This document shows positions 1 to 9,311 of a stretch of 64,000 bases of DNA, piece after piece (position 1 is the stretch's first letter; every line of letters starts with the position of its first letter). Both the position numbers and the translations under genes were made by a program. The stretch is from a virus, in the IMG/VR virus record IMGVR_UViG_3300046787_000316, positions 32,001-96,000 of that record, one strand, 5' to 3'. Under the pieces are notes generated by a model that saw only the letters and a program-made list of their open reading frames with translations, did not search any database and had not been told where the DNA came from.

Positions 1-1156
1 CTGGGTTTGAGCCCGTAATACCTGCTGCGTTTTGAACACCAGCTGGTCTAAAACCTGTATTATATCCACTCAAATCCAACCAATCGGTTGTAGCAGTTCC
101 ATTTGTAGATGCCGCTTTCGATGGGTCTAAATACATTCTTAATCCAGATGATGGAATATATGGTTGTGTAGTTGTTCCTTTATTATGTGAAATTAAACCA
201 TTTGAAACATAAACGTCAGCGTTTTCAACATTGATTGTTACAATTTCAGCATCTGCCATAATTGTTTCAATGTTTGTAACTTCCACTTCGGTTTCATCAT
301 CCATTACTAATTTATCTCCAGGTAAAATATCTCCTACATTTTTAAATGTGTATTTAGATATTTCATTATCCCAAACATACAATGGGTGAGTTTCGGTTGC
401 ATTAATCAATCCGTTATTAATAGAGTAATACCCTTCGGTAAAATTAAATGTTAAATCATTAACAACTACATTTTGGATTGAACCCGATAATTCAGCTGAT
501 TGGTAAAACCTCCATTCAACTTGGTCACTTTCAGAATCTTGCGTTTCATCCGGTAATCCAGCTGGCACCCATGCTTTGATTTCATCACCAACGTTTAAAT
601 CCTCAACATTGATTTCAGTACCATTTGCTAATTCAACCTTTGTTCCAAATAATAAACAAAAATCAGGTTGGTTAATTGTATTATATACATCAACCGCATA
701 TAAAGTTTTTGTAGTTGCAGTATTGTAATTGGTTGCATTAAGATTATACCCATCCGCATATTTCAATGTTAACAACGAAGATGCTTCCGAATAAGTAGAT
801 TGCGCAATACCGGCTGGTGTGATTGGAAACGATGGAGATGCTCCTAATGTTGGAGAACCTACTGAAAAGTTTGCGTTATCAAATGATACCGTATAATTTG
901 CCGATACACTACCAACTCTACTACCATGTACTGCTCCTGCACTACCAAATGTAAATCCAGCGGTTTCAGTTGTACTTTCAACAATATAAGTATATGTTGG
1001 TACGTTTGGTGTTACCGAATCAATTGCAAACGAACCGAATGAAACTTGCGTTCCAGCCGATGCATTTCTCGCATTAATCGATGATGCTTGGGTAGTCCTA
1101 GCTGTTCCGGTAGTTGCTCTATATAAATTACCTAATGATAGATTAGTTTTTGCCAT
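1..1156 (-). CDS. Virion/fibre-associated protein with internal Hint (intein-like) domain followed by a probable LamG-like domain; 3' end runs off the window
   Basis: Not in ORF track; translated by hand from ATG at 1156 (MAKTNLSLGNLYRATTG...), open to base 1. Hint motifs CLLFGTKVELANG (Cys at 656-658) and YVSNGLISHN (Asn at 182-184); then SGLRMYLDPSKAAS...TDWLDLSG, typical of the start of phage LamG-like domains. Confidence 0.8.
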   Translation of the reverse strand, partial: MAKTNLSLGNLYRATTGTARTTQASSINARNASAGTQVSFGSFAIDSVTPNVPTYTYIVESTTETAGFTFGSAGAVHGSRVGSVSANYTVSFDNANFSVGSPTLGASPSFPITPAGIAQSTYSEASSLLTLKYADGYNLNATNYNTATTKTLYAVDVYNTINQPDFCLLFGTKVELANGTEINVEDLNVGDEIKAWVPAGLPDETQDSESDQVEWRFYQSAELSGSIQNVVVNDLTFNFTEGYYSINNGLINATETHPLYVWDNEISKYTFKNVGDILPGDKLVMDDETEVEVTNIETIMADAEIVTINVENADVYVSNGLISHNKGTTTQPYIPSSGLRMYLDPSKAASTNGTATTDWLDLSGYNTGFRPAGVQNAAGITGSNP

Positions 1157-1161
1157 AATAT

Positions 1162-2163
1162 TTAGTTGTTCTCATTATAAATATCTAAAAGTTTTTCTTT
1201 CCATTCCTCTGTATTAGAAAAGTGGGTTATCATCCAACTTTTAAGTTTTTCAAATTCAGTTTTACGGGTTTCGTAATCATCTTCACACATTACTTTGTAG
1301 ATTTCATAAAATGATTCTTTACTATCCGCTTTGTATTTATAGTCAAGAGGTACGTGCCAGTTTTCATGTAAAATTGGAAGTTTTCCAAAATCAACTGCTT
1401 CGAATATTCCATATCCAAATGGTTCATGTTCAAAGCAAGAGTGAGATATTCCCCAATCAAGGTTATAGAACCTCTCTTTATATTTGTAATCAAATTTGTA
1501 AACCTTTGATTTCTCAAATTTATATCCGTATTTCTTTTTATAGTATTTATTGAATGTTTCAGAATTGGTTGATATGTAAGATTTTAATCCATCTATATAT
1601 TCCAAATTTTTTCTACCTTCTGCTCTAGCTGCAAATCCTATTGTCGTAGAGTCTGAAAGTTCTTTGTTATGTTTAAATTTATAAACATTTGGAATATGGT
1701 GTAGATTTTCAGTCTGATATGGGAAATGATATAATCCAACCCATATTTTATTTTTAATTTTATCAATTAATTCCGATTCGTATTCCCAATTTCCATACCA
1801 ATGTAAGTATTCATCCTTCCCCATTTGTGACATTAAAGACACTTTGGTTAAGTTATGAAATACTATCGAGTCAATCTTTTCCAAATTTTGGTGAATAGCT
1901 CTGGTAGGAGTATAATGACCATGTAGAATATGAATACGTCTTGCACCATCTAATATTTTTATTATTTCATCTTCCGATGTTTCCCAAATATGGTCGATTT
2001 CTATCGGAAATTGTTCGTAGTTATTTGGCTTCGTTCTATGTAACAAAAGAAGTGGCTTCACTTCTAAATGAGGTGCCACTTCTTTTATCCATTCGGTTAC
2101 CCACATATCTGCCCCACTATTAAACCAGGGCCCACCAGCGGTGGTGTAAAAAACATCATACAT
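1162..2163 (-). CDS. GT-B (GT4-like) glycosyltransferase
   Basis: E-x7-E motif EPFGYGIFE, GFAARAEGRKN donor loop, N-terminal GADMW; paralog of 56194..57171. Confidence 0.7.
   Translation of the reverse strand: MYDVFYTTAGGPWFNSGADMWVTEWIKEVAPHLEVKPLLLLHRTKPNNYEQFPIEIDHIWETSEDEIIKILDGARRIHILHGHYTPTRAIHQNLEKIDSIVFHNLTKVSLMSQMGKDEYLHWYGNWEYESELIDKIKNKIWVGLYHFPYQTENLHHIPNVYKFKHNKELSDSTTIGFAARAEGRKNLEYIDGLKSYISTNSETFNKYYKKKYGYKFEKSKVYKFDYKYKERFYNLDWGISHSCFEHEPFGYGIFEAVDFGKLPILHENWHVPLDYKYKADSKESFYEIYKVMCEDDYETRKTEFEKLKSWMITHFSNTEEWKEKLLDIYNENN
1176..1183 (-). promoter_or_regulatory. TATTTATA upstream motif
   Basis: 19 nt before ATG 1156. Confidence 0.5.
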
Positions 2164-2166
2164 TGA

Positions 2167-5079
2167 TTATAAACCTTTTTTCTTTTTTAATGTTTCTACT
2201 TCTACTGTAAGGTTATCTATTTTTATTTGTTGTTCTTTTATTGCTTCAACTAATAACCCCATCATTTTAGAATAATCCAATCCTAAATATCCGTTTTCTC
2301 TTTCTACTACAACTTGCGGTAATACTGCCTGAACTTCTTGTGCAATTAAACCTGTGGTTGGTGTTGTTTTTGTTACTTCATTCACATCATCATTCCATTC
2401 CCAAGTTACACCATTCAATTTCTTAACTTTATCCAAAGCATTTGTAATAGTTTGAATATTGTTTTTGTGTCGTCTATCCGAAGTATAGAATGCGGTAATA
2501 TCGCCTGTTGCGGTAATAGTTCCGTTAATTGTTAAGTTACCAAATGTTGGAGTAGCGTTTGTTGCTACCGATTGTCCAATTGATATCGTTACTGCGCCGG
2601 TTGCCCCACTTACACTAACACCCGTCCCAGCTACTGCCGAAGTTACACCGGTATTACTAATGGTAGAATTACCTGTTCCAGATGATACCGATATTCCCGT
2701 ACCTGCTATATTTGTAGTTACAGTATTGGTATCAGTTACCGATTCAGTTCCCGTACTATACCCCGTAACGTGCCCGTATGTATCAAATGTTAATGCTGAT
2801 ACATAAGTTCTACTTGTAGCGCTTAAATTAGCTGCGGTAGATGTATCGGCATGGCTAATAGTAACTGCTCCAGTTGCTCCACTCACATCAATAGCGTTTC
2901 CTGCTACTGCCGATGTTACACCTGTATTTGTAATAGTAGATGCTCCCGTTGCCGAACTCACCGATATACCCGTACCTGCTACGTTTGAAGTTACACCTGC
3001 ATTGTTTAGAGTTATAGTCCCACCCAATGATACCAATCCACCGCCAGTCATTCCCGTTCCAGCGGTTACGGTTACGGATGAATTACTCAATTGCCCGTTT
3101 GTAATTCCACTTATTTGAGATGAGCCGGATACTAAATTTGGTATTGTTATATTAGATGAACCATCGAATGATGTTCCGTTAATCAATCTAGCAGTCAATA
3201 ACGTATTTGCAGTAGATGCGTTTCCAACTATTGTTCCAACAATACTACCGGTTACTTGTAAATTTCCTGGAATAGAAACAGTATCATTATCTACATAAAT
3301 CTGCGATGAACTAATATGGTCGCCACCAACTGAAACTGCTAATCGATTTGAAGTTAATCCAACTTCCGAACCCAATGCTCCAGTGTTACGAGGGCCAGAT
3401 ATAAACATACCACCACTATATGCACTACCACTTGATTTTTGATAAATCCATCTTTCATTTTCGGAATCCCAAAATAAAGAACCCGTTCCTGCGGTTGAGC
3501 CTGAATCAAATACAGATATACCACCAAATCTAACAGCAGGTGTATCGTTATTTAAGTTAATAATATTAGTTCCAATTGAAACTACCGATGCTGATATATT
3601 TTGTAAAGATGAACTACCTTGTACAATCATATCACCACTTATATACATTGAACCCGTTATAGTCTGTGTTCCTGTGAATATATTAGATGAATTGGTTCTT
3701 GCAAAAGTTCCACTAATTGCTTCATTAGCCGCCAATCTTTGTTCGTGATTTGATGCGGTTAGTATTAATGATGCACTTATTGTAGCTAATCCACTAAATC
3801 TACCATCCACACTTGATGTGTGAGATTGGATAGATGTTAATTTAGCATCTTGTGCATTATTTGTAGATAACGCAGTTGCGGCAGATGCTTCAACATTACT
3901 TAAACGTAAATCTTGTGCGTTATTTGTAGTAATATCTGAACCTGTGTAAGCTATTAATGCTGCTATTTTATCGTTAATACTACCTGTATATGTTGCTAAT
4001 GTTTGAAATTTCGCATCAGTTGAACCCGTAGCAGATGTTAAAGAGTTTAATGTATTCAAACTCAATCCACCAACTACACCAGTATTATCTACAAACTTAA
4101 TAGAGCCAGTTGAAAGATATAAATCTTTAAAATAATTTGTAGATGAACCTAAATCAAATGTATTAGCTGAATCAGGTAATACGGATGATGAAATGTGAAT
4201 TTCGTTATTATTATCAATTGTAATAGCAGGTGTATCCCATTGCCCTCCACCAAATAAGTGAGTGTGGGCATGTGAACCTGTTCTATATGGTCCTATATAA
4301 ATATCAGCAGCGGTAGTGGTTAAATATGCATCATTTTCATATCCTAAAACTCCAGCCGAATAATTTGATGAGTTTAATCCTAAATCTAAAAAGTCACGAG
4401 TTTCGCTTGAAATATCATTCCAAAGAACTAAGTCGGTTGATGCATTTGAACCACTTCCAAAGTTTTTAATGTTAACTTCAACAAAACTTTCATTTTTAGA
4501 TGATTGGAATGTTGCAATGTTAAACGAATCCCCATTATCAACAATTAATCTTTCCGGCTGAGCCGCGTTGAATCCGGTTGTTCCAACTCCAATTGTTGAA
4601 CCACTATTAGTAATTTGTATAGCGGATGCACCAGCTATACTATGTTCATCCGTAAAATATGCTAAATGATTTTCTGAACCTGTTATATTACTAGCTCTAA
4701 AGTACCCCGTATTCAATGAATGGGACATATATACCGAACCATTGAAGATATGGGTATCATCTGCACTATCACCAAATTGAGTTGAACCACTTTCATATAA
4801 AACAGAAGAAGATACGACTGAAGTGTGTATCTCTTTTGCTGTTATAGTTCCACCAATGATAACGTTACCATCGATTTTTGCGTTTCCGGTAATATCCAAT
4901 GATGAACCCGAAATACCTGCTACCGATAAATTACTCCCCGTACCAATTGCGGATAGTGTTACATCGCCAGAATCTAATCCAATTTGTAGAGTTCCTAATG
5001 TTGTATTTACATACGGCTCTCCGAATGCTAACGAACCTGATTTCTGTGCGGTTGTCCCACGTCTAAATTTAAGTGCCAT
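2167..5079 (-). CDS. Tail fibre protein with C-terminal peptidase S74 intramolecular chaperone
   Basis: Mtd_N-like start MALKFRRG...LAFGEP; S/G/T-rich body; TSDRRHKNNI...GLIAQEV...LDYSKMMGLLVEAIKE C-terminus. Confidence 0.8.
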   Translation of the reverse strand: MALKFRRGTTAQKSGSLAFGEPYVNTTLGTLQIGLDSGDVTLSAIGTGSNLSVAGISGSSLDITGNAKIDGNVIIGGTITAKEIHTSVVSSSVLYESGSTQFGDSADDTHIFNGSVYMSHSLNTGYFRASNITGSENHLAYFTDEHSIAGASAIQITNSGSTIGVGTTGFNAAQPERLIVDNGDSFNIATFQSSKNESFVEVNIKNFGSGSNASTDLVLWNDISSETRDFLDLGLNSSNYSAGVLGYENDAYLTTTAADIYIGPYRTGSHAHTHLFGGGQWDTPAITIDNNNEIHISSSVLPDSANTFDLGSSTNYFKDLYLSTGSIKFVDNTGVVGGLSLNTLNSLTSATGSTDAKFQTLATYTGSINDKIAALIAYTGSDITTNNAQDLRLSNVEASAATALSTNNAQDAKLTSIQSHTSSVDGRFSGLATISASLILTASNHEQRLAANEAISGTFARTNSSNIFTGTQTITGSMYISGDMIVQGSSSLQNISASVVSIGTNIINLNNDTPAVRFGGISVFDSGSTAGTGSLFWDSENERWIYQKSSGSAYSGGMFISGPRNTGALGSEVGLTSNRLAVSVGGDHISSSQIYVDNDTVSIPGNLQVTGSIVGTIVGNASTANTLLTARLINGTSFDGSSNITIPNLVSGSSQISGITNGQLSNSSVTVTAGTGMTGGGLVSLGGTITLNNAGVTSNVAGTGISVSSATGASTITNTGVTSAVAGNAIDVSGATGAVTISHADTSTAANLSATSRTYVSALTFDTYGHVTGYSTGTESVTDTNTVTTNIAGTGISVSSGTGNSTISNTGVTSAVAGTGVSVSGATGAVTISIGQSVATNATPTFGNLTINGTITATGDITAFYTSDRRHKNNIQTITNALDKVKKLNGVTWEWNDDVNEVTKTTPTTGLIAQEVQAVLPQVVVERENGYLGLDYSKMMGLLVEAIKEQQIKIDNLTVEVETLKKKKGL

Positions 5080-5139
5080 CTAGTTTACCTTTTTTTTAGT
5101 ACGGTTAATTATGTTGTTATAGTAACTCTTATAAGTATC

Positions 5140-7662
5140 TTATTTTTGTTCCAATCTATCAACTTTTGCAGATAATTCTTTAACTGCTTCAATTAATAAT
5201 GGAATTAATTTTTCATATTGAACTGCTTTATATCCAGTATCTCTGTTTGTAACTAATTGTGGTAATATACTTTCAATCTCTTGTGCAATTACCCCCACAT
5301 CATTTCCTTTGTGAGAATGTATTTCTTCAAATCCTTCTTTCCAATCATACGTGTTACCACTAATTTGATTTACTTTTTCTAAAGCGTTTGGAATTGGGAT
5401 AATATTTTCTTTTAATCTGATATCCGATGAGTAAAATGCGGTAATATCACCTGTTGCTATAATTTCACCAGCTACACCGGTTGGCGATACATTAACACCA
5501 ATTGAATTGAATTGATAATTCCCAACTGAACCACTATGAATACCGCTACCTTTCAATTCGTATGAACCCGTAACTGCTTCCAATGAAGTCAATCTACCAT
5601 TTTGCGTAGTGTTTAACGTATCATTTGAACCCGTATAAGTATTTAACGATGATAGTATATCAATCACTTGTGATGAACCGGATACTACCCCTCCTATCAG
5701 ATTAGCTGTAATGTTGCCATTTGTAATAGTAAAATCAACAGTATTGGAATCAGTTGATGCCGATACTATATTTGTTCCACCTAATACTTGAATAGAACCA
5801 CTCAATACTCCTTCAACATTCAACTTAGTTTTAATAGTTGTATCAATTGATGAAGTAAATGAATTTAATTCAGAAAGGCTGATATCCACACTTGCGGATT
5901 TAGCTTCTAAATTATCCAAGCGGCTATCAGCCGATGTGGTGAATTGATTTATATAATGTAAACTACTACTAGCCGATGAAGTAAATTGATTTAACGAATC
6001 TATTGCCGCTGATAAATTACCAGGGTCTAATACACTAATTCTATAATCAAAACTTTCACTAACCGCATCGTATGAATTTGAAAAATCAGTAAATACTGAT
6101 GCTGAAAAGAAGTTAATAGAAGCGCTGAATAAATTTAGTGATGCGGTTGTTTGGTGTATTGATGTTAAATCACTTAATACACTTGCACTAAACGTATTTA
6201 AACTTGCCGTTGAACTTTGTACTTCTACAAATTTAGTATCAATTGAGCTTGTATAAGTTTGTAATACTAAATCTTTTGATTCTTGTGAACCACTAAATGT
6301 ATTTAATAATGAAACAGAGTTATCAATACTAGCCGAAGTTGTTTCTAAATTACCCAAACGACTAGCTGCGCTTGAAGTGAATGTATTTAAACTAGCAGTG
6401 GCTACTCCTACATTATCAAATTTAGTATCAACCGAACCAGTATAGGTTGCCAATGTTACTAATCTATTTTCAATTGATGCCGTTTCGTTATTAATATGTA
6501 CAATACTAACATCAACACTTGATGATTTGGTTTGTAAATTTGTTAATCTACTATCTACCGATGTTGAAAATGCCCTAAAATCGGTTGAACCTGATAATAC
6601 ACCATCTCCACCTGCTAATAATATTTTTGATTCTAAATCTTTCTTACCAGCTTTCCAATAATCAGTAGTTGAATCCCATAATAATGAACCCGATATAGTT
6701 GAACCACCCGTTGCATCTTTTGTATAAATTCCAGCTTCGGTAGCAGAACCACCAAAGTTTAATTCTAATATGTTTTCACCAATATTAACTTGAGTTGAGT
6801 TAATTTGAGTAGTTGTTCCATTCACTGTTAAGTTTCCTAATACAGTCACATCTACTCCACTTAAATCTATTGCAGTTTTAAGAGATGATGTATATGAATG
6901 AATTTCTGCCAAAGAAACATCAACTGATGCTGATTTAGATTCTAAATTAGATAGTCTACCTAATGCGCTTGAACTAAATGAATTTAAACTTGCAGTTGAA
7001 CTTTGTACTTCTACAAATTTAGTATCAATCGATGCAGTATAAGTTGCTAAAGTTAAATTTTTAGATTCTTCCGAAGCACTGAATACATTCAAACTTGCCG
7101 TTGAATATTGTGTTTGTAAGAATTTTGCATTAACAGAACTTGTATAAGTTGCTAAAGTTAAATTTTTAGATTCTTCCGAAGCGCTAAATGAATTTAAACT
7201 TGAAGTAGAATATTGTGTTTCTAAAAATTTAGATGAAACCGATGCCGAAAATTCTCTTACATCGCCTATACCTTCGATTGCTCCTGATATAAATGAAGCA
7301 GATACAGTTTCAACATATATACGTTTGTACCATTTATCCTCTGAACCTAAATCATAAGTTTTAGTTATGTTTGGAATGATATCAGAATCTAAGTCAGCAT
7401 TAATCGTAATCGAATCGGTAGTCTGGTCACCAATTGTGATATTACCACCAAGTACAACGTTACCACTAATATATGCGTTTGAAGCAGTCAAATCGCCACT
7501 CAATATCATTGAGCCGATATTTTCTTCATTTAACTTTGCTAAAGTTACAATATTAGTATCACTTCCTACTTGTAATGAGCCAGAGTTTTTATGTAAGTAT
7601 AATTCGCCATCCATTAATGATACCGAACCCGAACCTCTTCTTATTTGAAATATAGCTGCCAT
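5140..7662 (-). CDS. Tail fibre protein with coiled-coil repeats and S74 chaperone
   Basis: MAAIFQIRRG...LMDGELY start; LNSFSAS repeats; SSDIRLKENI...GVIAQEI...VQYEKLIPLLIEAVKEL. Confidence 0.8.
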   Translation of the reverse strand: MAAIFQIRRGSGSVSLMDGELYLHKNSGSLQVGSDTNIVTLAKLNEENIGSMILSGDLTASNAYISGNVVLGGNITIGDQTTDSITINADLDSDIIPNITKTYDLGSEDKWYKRIYVETVSASFISGAIEGIGDVREFSASVSSKFLETQYSTSSLNSFSASEESKNLTLATYTSSVNAKFLQTQYSTASLNVFSASEESKNLTLATYTASIDTKFVEVQSSTASLNSFSSSALGRLSNLESKSASVDVSLAEIHSYTSSLKTAIDLSGVDVTVLGNLTVNGTTTQINSTQVNIGENILELNFGGSATEAGIYTKDATGGSTISGSLLWDSTTDYWKAGKKDLESKILLAGGDGVLSGSTDFRAFSTSVDSRLTNLQTKSSSVDVSIVHINNETASIENRLVTLATYTGSVDTKFDNVGVATASLNTFTSSAASRLGNLETTSASIDNSVSLLNTFSGSQESKDLVLQTYTSSIDTKFVEVQSSTASLNTFSASVLSDLTSIHQTTASLNLFSASINFFSASVFTDFSNSYDAVSESFDYRISVLDPGNLSAAIDSLNQFTSSASSSLHYINQFTTSADSRLDNLEAKSASVDISLSELNSFTSSIDTTIKTKLNVEGVLSGSIQVLGGTNIVSASTDSNTVDFTITNGNITANLIGGVVSGSSQVIDILSSLNTYTGSNDTLNTTQNGRLTSLEAVTGSYELKGSGIHSGSVGNYQFNSIGVNVSPTGVAGEIIATGDITAFYSSDIRLKENIIPIPNALEKVNQISGNTYDWKEGFEEIHSHKGNDVGVIAQEIESILPQLVTNRDTGYKAVQYEKLIPLLIEAVKELSAKVDRLEQK

Positions 7663-7681
7663 TTAATTCTTTTATGTTTCT

Positions 7682-7689
7682 TATAAATA
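7682..7689 (-). promoter_or_regulatory. TATTTATA upstream motif
   Basis: 19 nt before ATG 7662. Confidence 0.5.
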
Positions 7690-7691
7690 TG

Positions 7692-8489
7692 TTATATATT
7701 AAAATCCAAATCACCTGATGGATTTATGTATTTTGCTAAATGATAATAGTTTGCCGTAATACTACCAGTTGTTACATTAAACGATGATGCGCTTATTGAA
7801 AGGTAAGTGTTGCCAGCTATTACTACATCCATTGAACCCGTTCTAGCCAAAACTTGAGTATTTTCGGTATCATCTGCTATGTACCCAATCTTACCAGCGC
7901 TTGGGTCTAAATTAAAATCAAATGTATTTGCAGTAGTTCCTCCACCAACTTCGGCACCATTTAATAAAAATGAACCCGTTATGGAAACTGAACCTGTAAA
8001 TGTATGGGTATCATCTAATGTGTTACCAAAATTAGAACTACCACTTTCGAATAATATCGATGATGATATTACGGAAATATTAAATTGTCTGGCATTTACT
8101 TCTCCAAAAACAGTCAAATTATCCGTTATAGTAGTTGAACCGGATACAATTAAACTTCCACTCAATATTGCAGAACTACCGGTTATATCTCCTAATATAT
8201 CGATACTACCATTTCCAACAATATCTCTTCCTACATATAAATCTCTTTGAATGTTTACATCTTGCGATACAATTACTTCACCGAATGAACCCGTTTGAGT
8301 TAGGGTAATTGAACCGGTGTTTATTACGTTGGTTGTTAATACTTCCTCAATTGACTCAATAGAACCCGAACGCTTAATGAATAATTTACCATCATAAGTG
8401 TTTACCGCAATTTCTCCCACATTGAGAGATGAGGTCGTAGGTACTTTACCAGGAAGCGCAGAACGCTTTAGTATAATATTTTGAGCCAT
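7692..8489 (-). CDS. Short fibre/adaptor protein with Mtd_N-like N-terminus
   Basis: MAQNIILKRSALPGKVPTTSSLNVGEIAVNTYDGKLF; paralog of 8606..9244. Confidence 0.65.
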   Translation of the reverse strand: MAQNIILKRSALPGKVPTTSSLNVGEIAVNTYDGKLFIKRSGSIESIEEVLTTNVINTGSITLTQTGSFGEVIVSQDVNIQRDLYVGRDIVGNGSIDILGDITGSSAILSGSLIVSGSTTITDNLTVFGEVNARQFNISVISSSILFESGSSNFGNTLDDTHTFTGSVSITGSFLLNGAEVGGGTTANTFDFNLDPSAGKIGYIADDTENTQVLARTGSMDVVIAGNTYLSISASSFNVTTGSITANYYHLAKYINPSGDLDFNI

Positions 8490-8541
8490 ATATATGGAAT
8501 TCTTTAAAGTTATATAACAACAACGTAGTATATACTACCCC

Positions 8542-8549
8542 TATAAATA
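8542..8549 (-). promoter_or_regulatory. TATTTATA upstream motif
   Basis: Directly after the 8561 terminator, 52 nt before ATG 8489. Confidence 0.5.
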
Positions 8550-8560
8550 TATTATAAAAA

Positions 8561-8582
8561 CAAAAACCCTTCCGAAGAAGGG
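8561..8582 (-). terminator. Intrinsic terminator with UUCG tetraloop
   Basis: Minus strand CCCTTC-TTCG-GAAGGG-TTTTTG just downstream of 8606..9244. Confidence 0.8.
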
Positions 8583-8605
8583 TCTTATAGTAATTTTATT
8601 TAATT

Positions 8606-9244
8606 TTAGAATTCACCACCATCCGAGCCGGCTTCTAATGCTGATAATCGATTTGCTACTGAACCACTAAATGCAAGTATATCTCCAATTCCGTAAAATG
8701 ACCCACTAAATCCATTTGTTGTGTCAAATTTACCTCTTACTTCTTCGTTATATCGGAATTCAATCCCACTATCTACACTAGCTATCTTGTAAAGAGAGCC
8801 ACTACCTTGTAAATATCCGATTGTTCCAGCGAATGGTTCTGAATTGAAATCGAAATCATCCGGTCTCATTGATGCGGTTACACCTGTTAGTCCTGCACCA
8901 CTACCAACGAAGATAGAAGCAGATACTGCTCCCGCTACATCGATATCACCATTTCCAATTATATCATTGGTTACATATAAATCGTTTCCAATGTTAGCAT
9001 CTTGTGATACGACTAATTCACCAAATGAACCGGTAGCTAGAATATTAATAGAACCGATTGTATCCGAACCAGCTACTACTATATCTACAATTGTATCAAC
9101 GGAGCCGGACTTATGTAAAAATGCCTTACCATCATAGGTATTCACACCAATTTCACCTACAAGTAATGTAGATTCGGTTGGTCTAGAGCCGGATATTTCC
9201 GACCTCCTATGTAGTATTATCGTTTTGTTGTTATTCGTAGCCAT
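8606..9244 (-). CDS. Short fibre/adaptor protein with Mtd_N-like N-terminus
   Basis: IILHRRSEISGSRPTESTLLVGEIGVNTYDGKAF; ends SDGGEF. Confidence 0.65.
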   Translation of the reverse strand: MATNNNKTIILHRRSEISGSRPTESTLLVGEIGVNTYDGKAFLHKSGSVDTIVDIVVAGSDTIGSINILATGSFGELVVSQDANIGNDLYVTNDIIGNGDIDVAGAVSASIFVGSGAGLTGVTASMRPDDFDFNSEPFAGTIGYLQGSGSLYKIASVDSGIEFRYNEEVRGKFDTTNGFSGSFYGIGDILAFSGSVANRLSALEAGSDGGEF

Positions 9245-9276
9245 TGTATTTAGATATTTAATTCATTTAATAATTT

Positions 9277-9303
9277 AAAAAATCCCCCATTTTTCAGGGG
9301 GAT
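9277..9303 (-). terminator. Intrinsic terminator
   Basis: ATCCCCC-8 nt-GGGGGAT followed by T run on the minus strand after 9312..11552. Confidence 0.7.
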
Positions 9304-9311
9304 ATGATTAT

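Noticed and set aside
182-658. Classical splicing intein or mobile element
   Set aside because: No LAGLIDADG insert and the +1 residue is Lys, so splicing is not expected; kept as a cleavage-type Hint domain.
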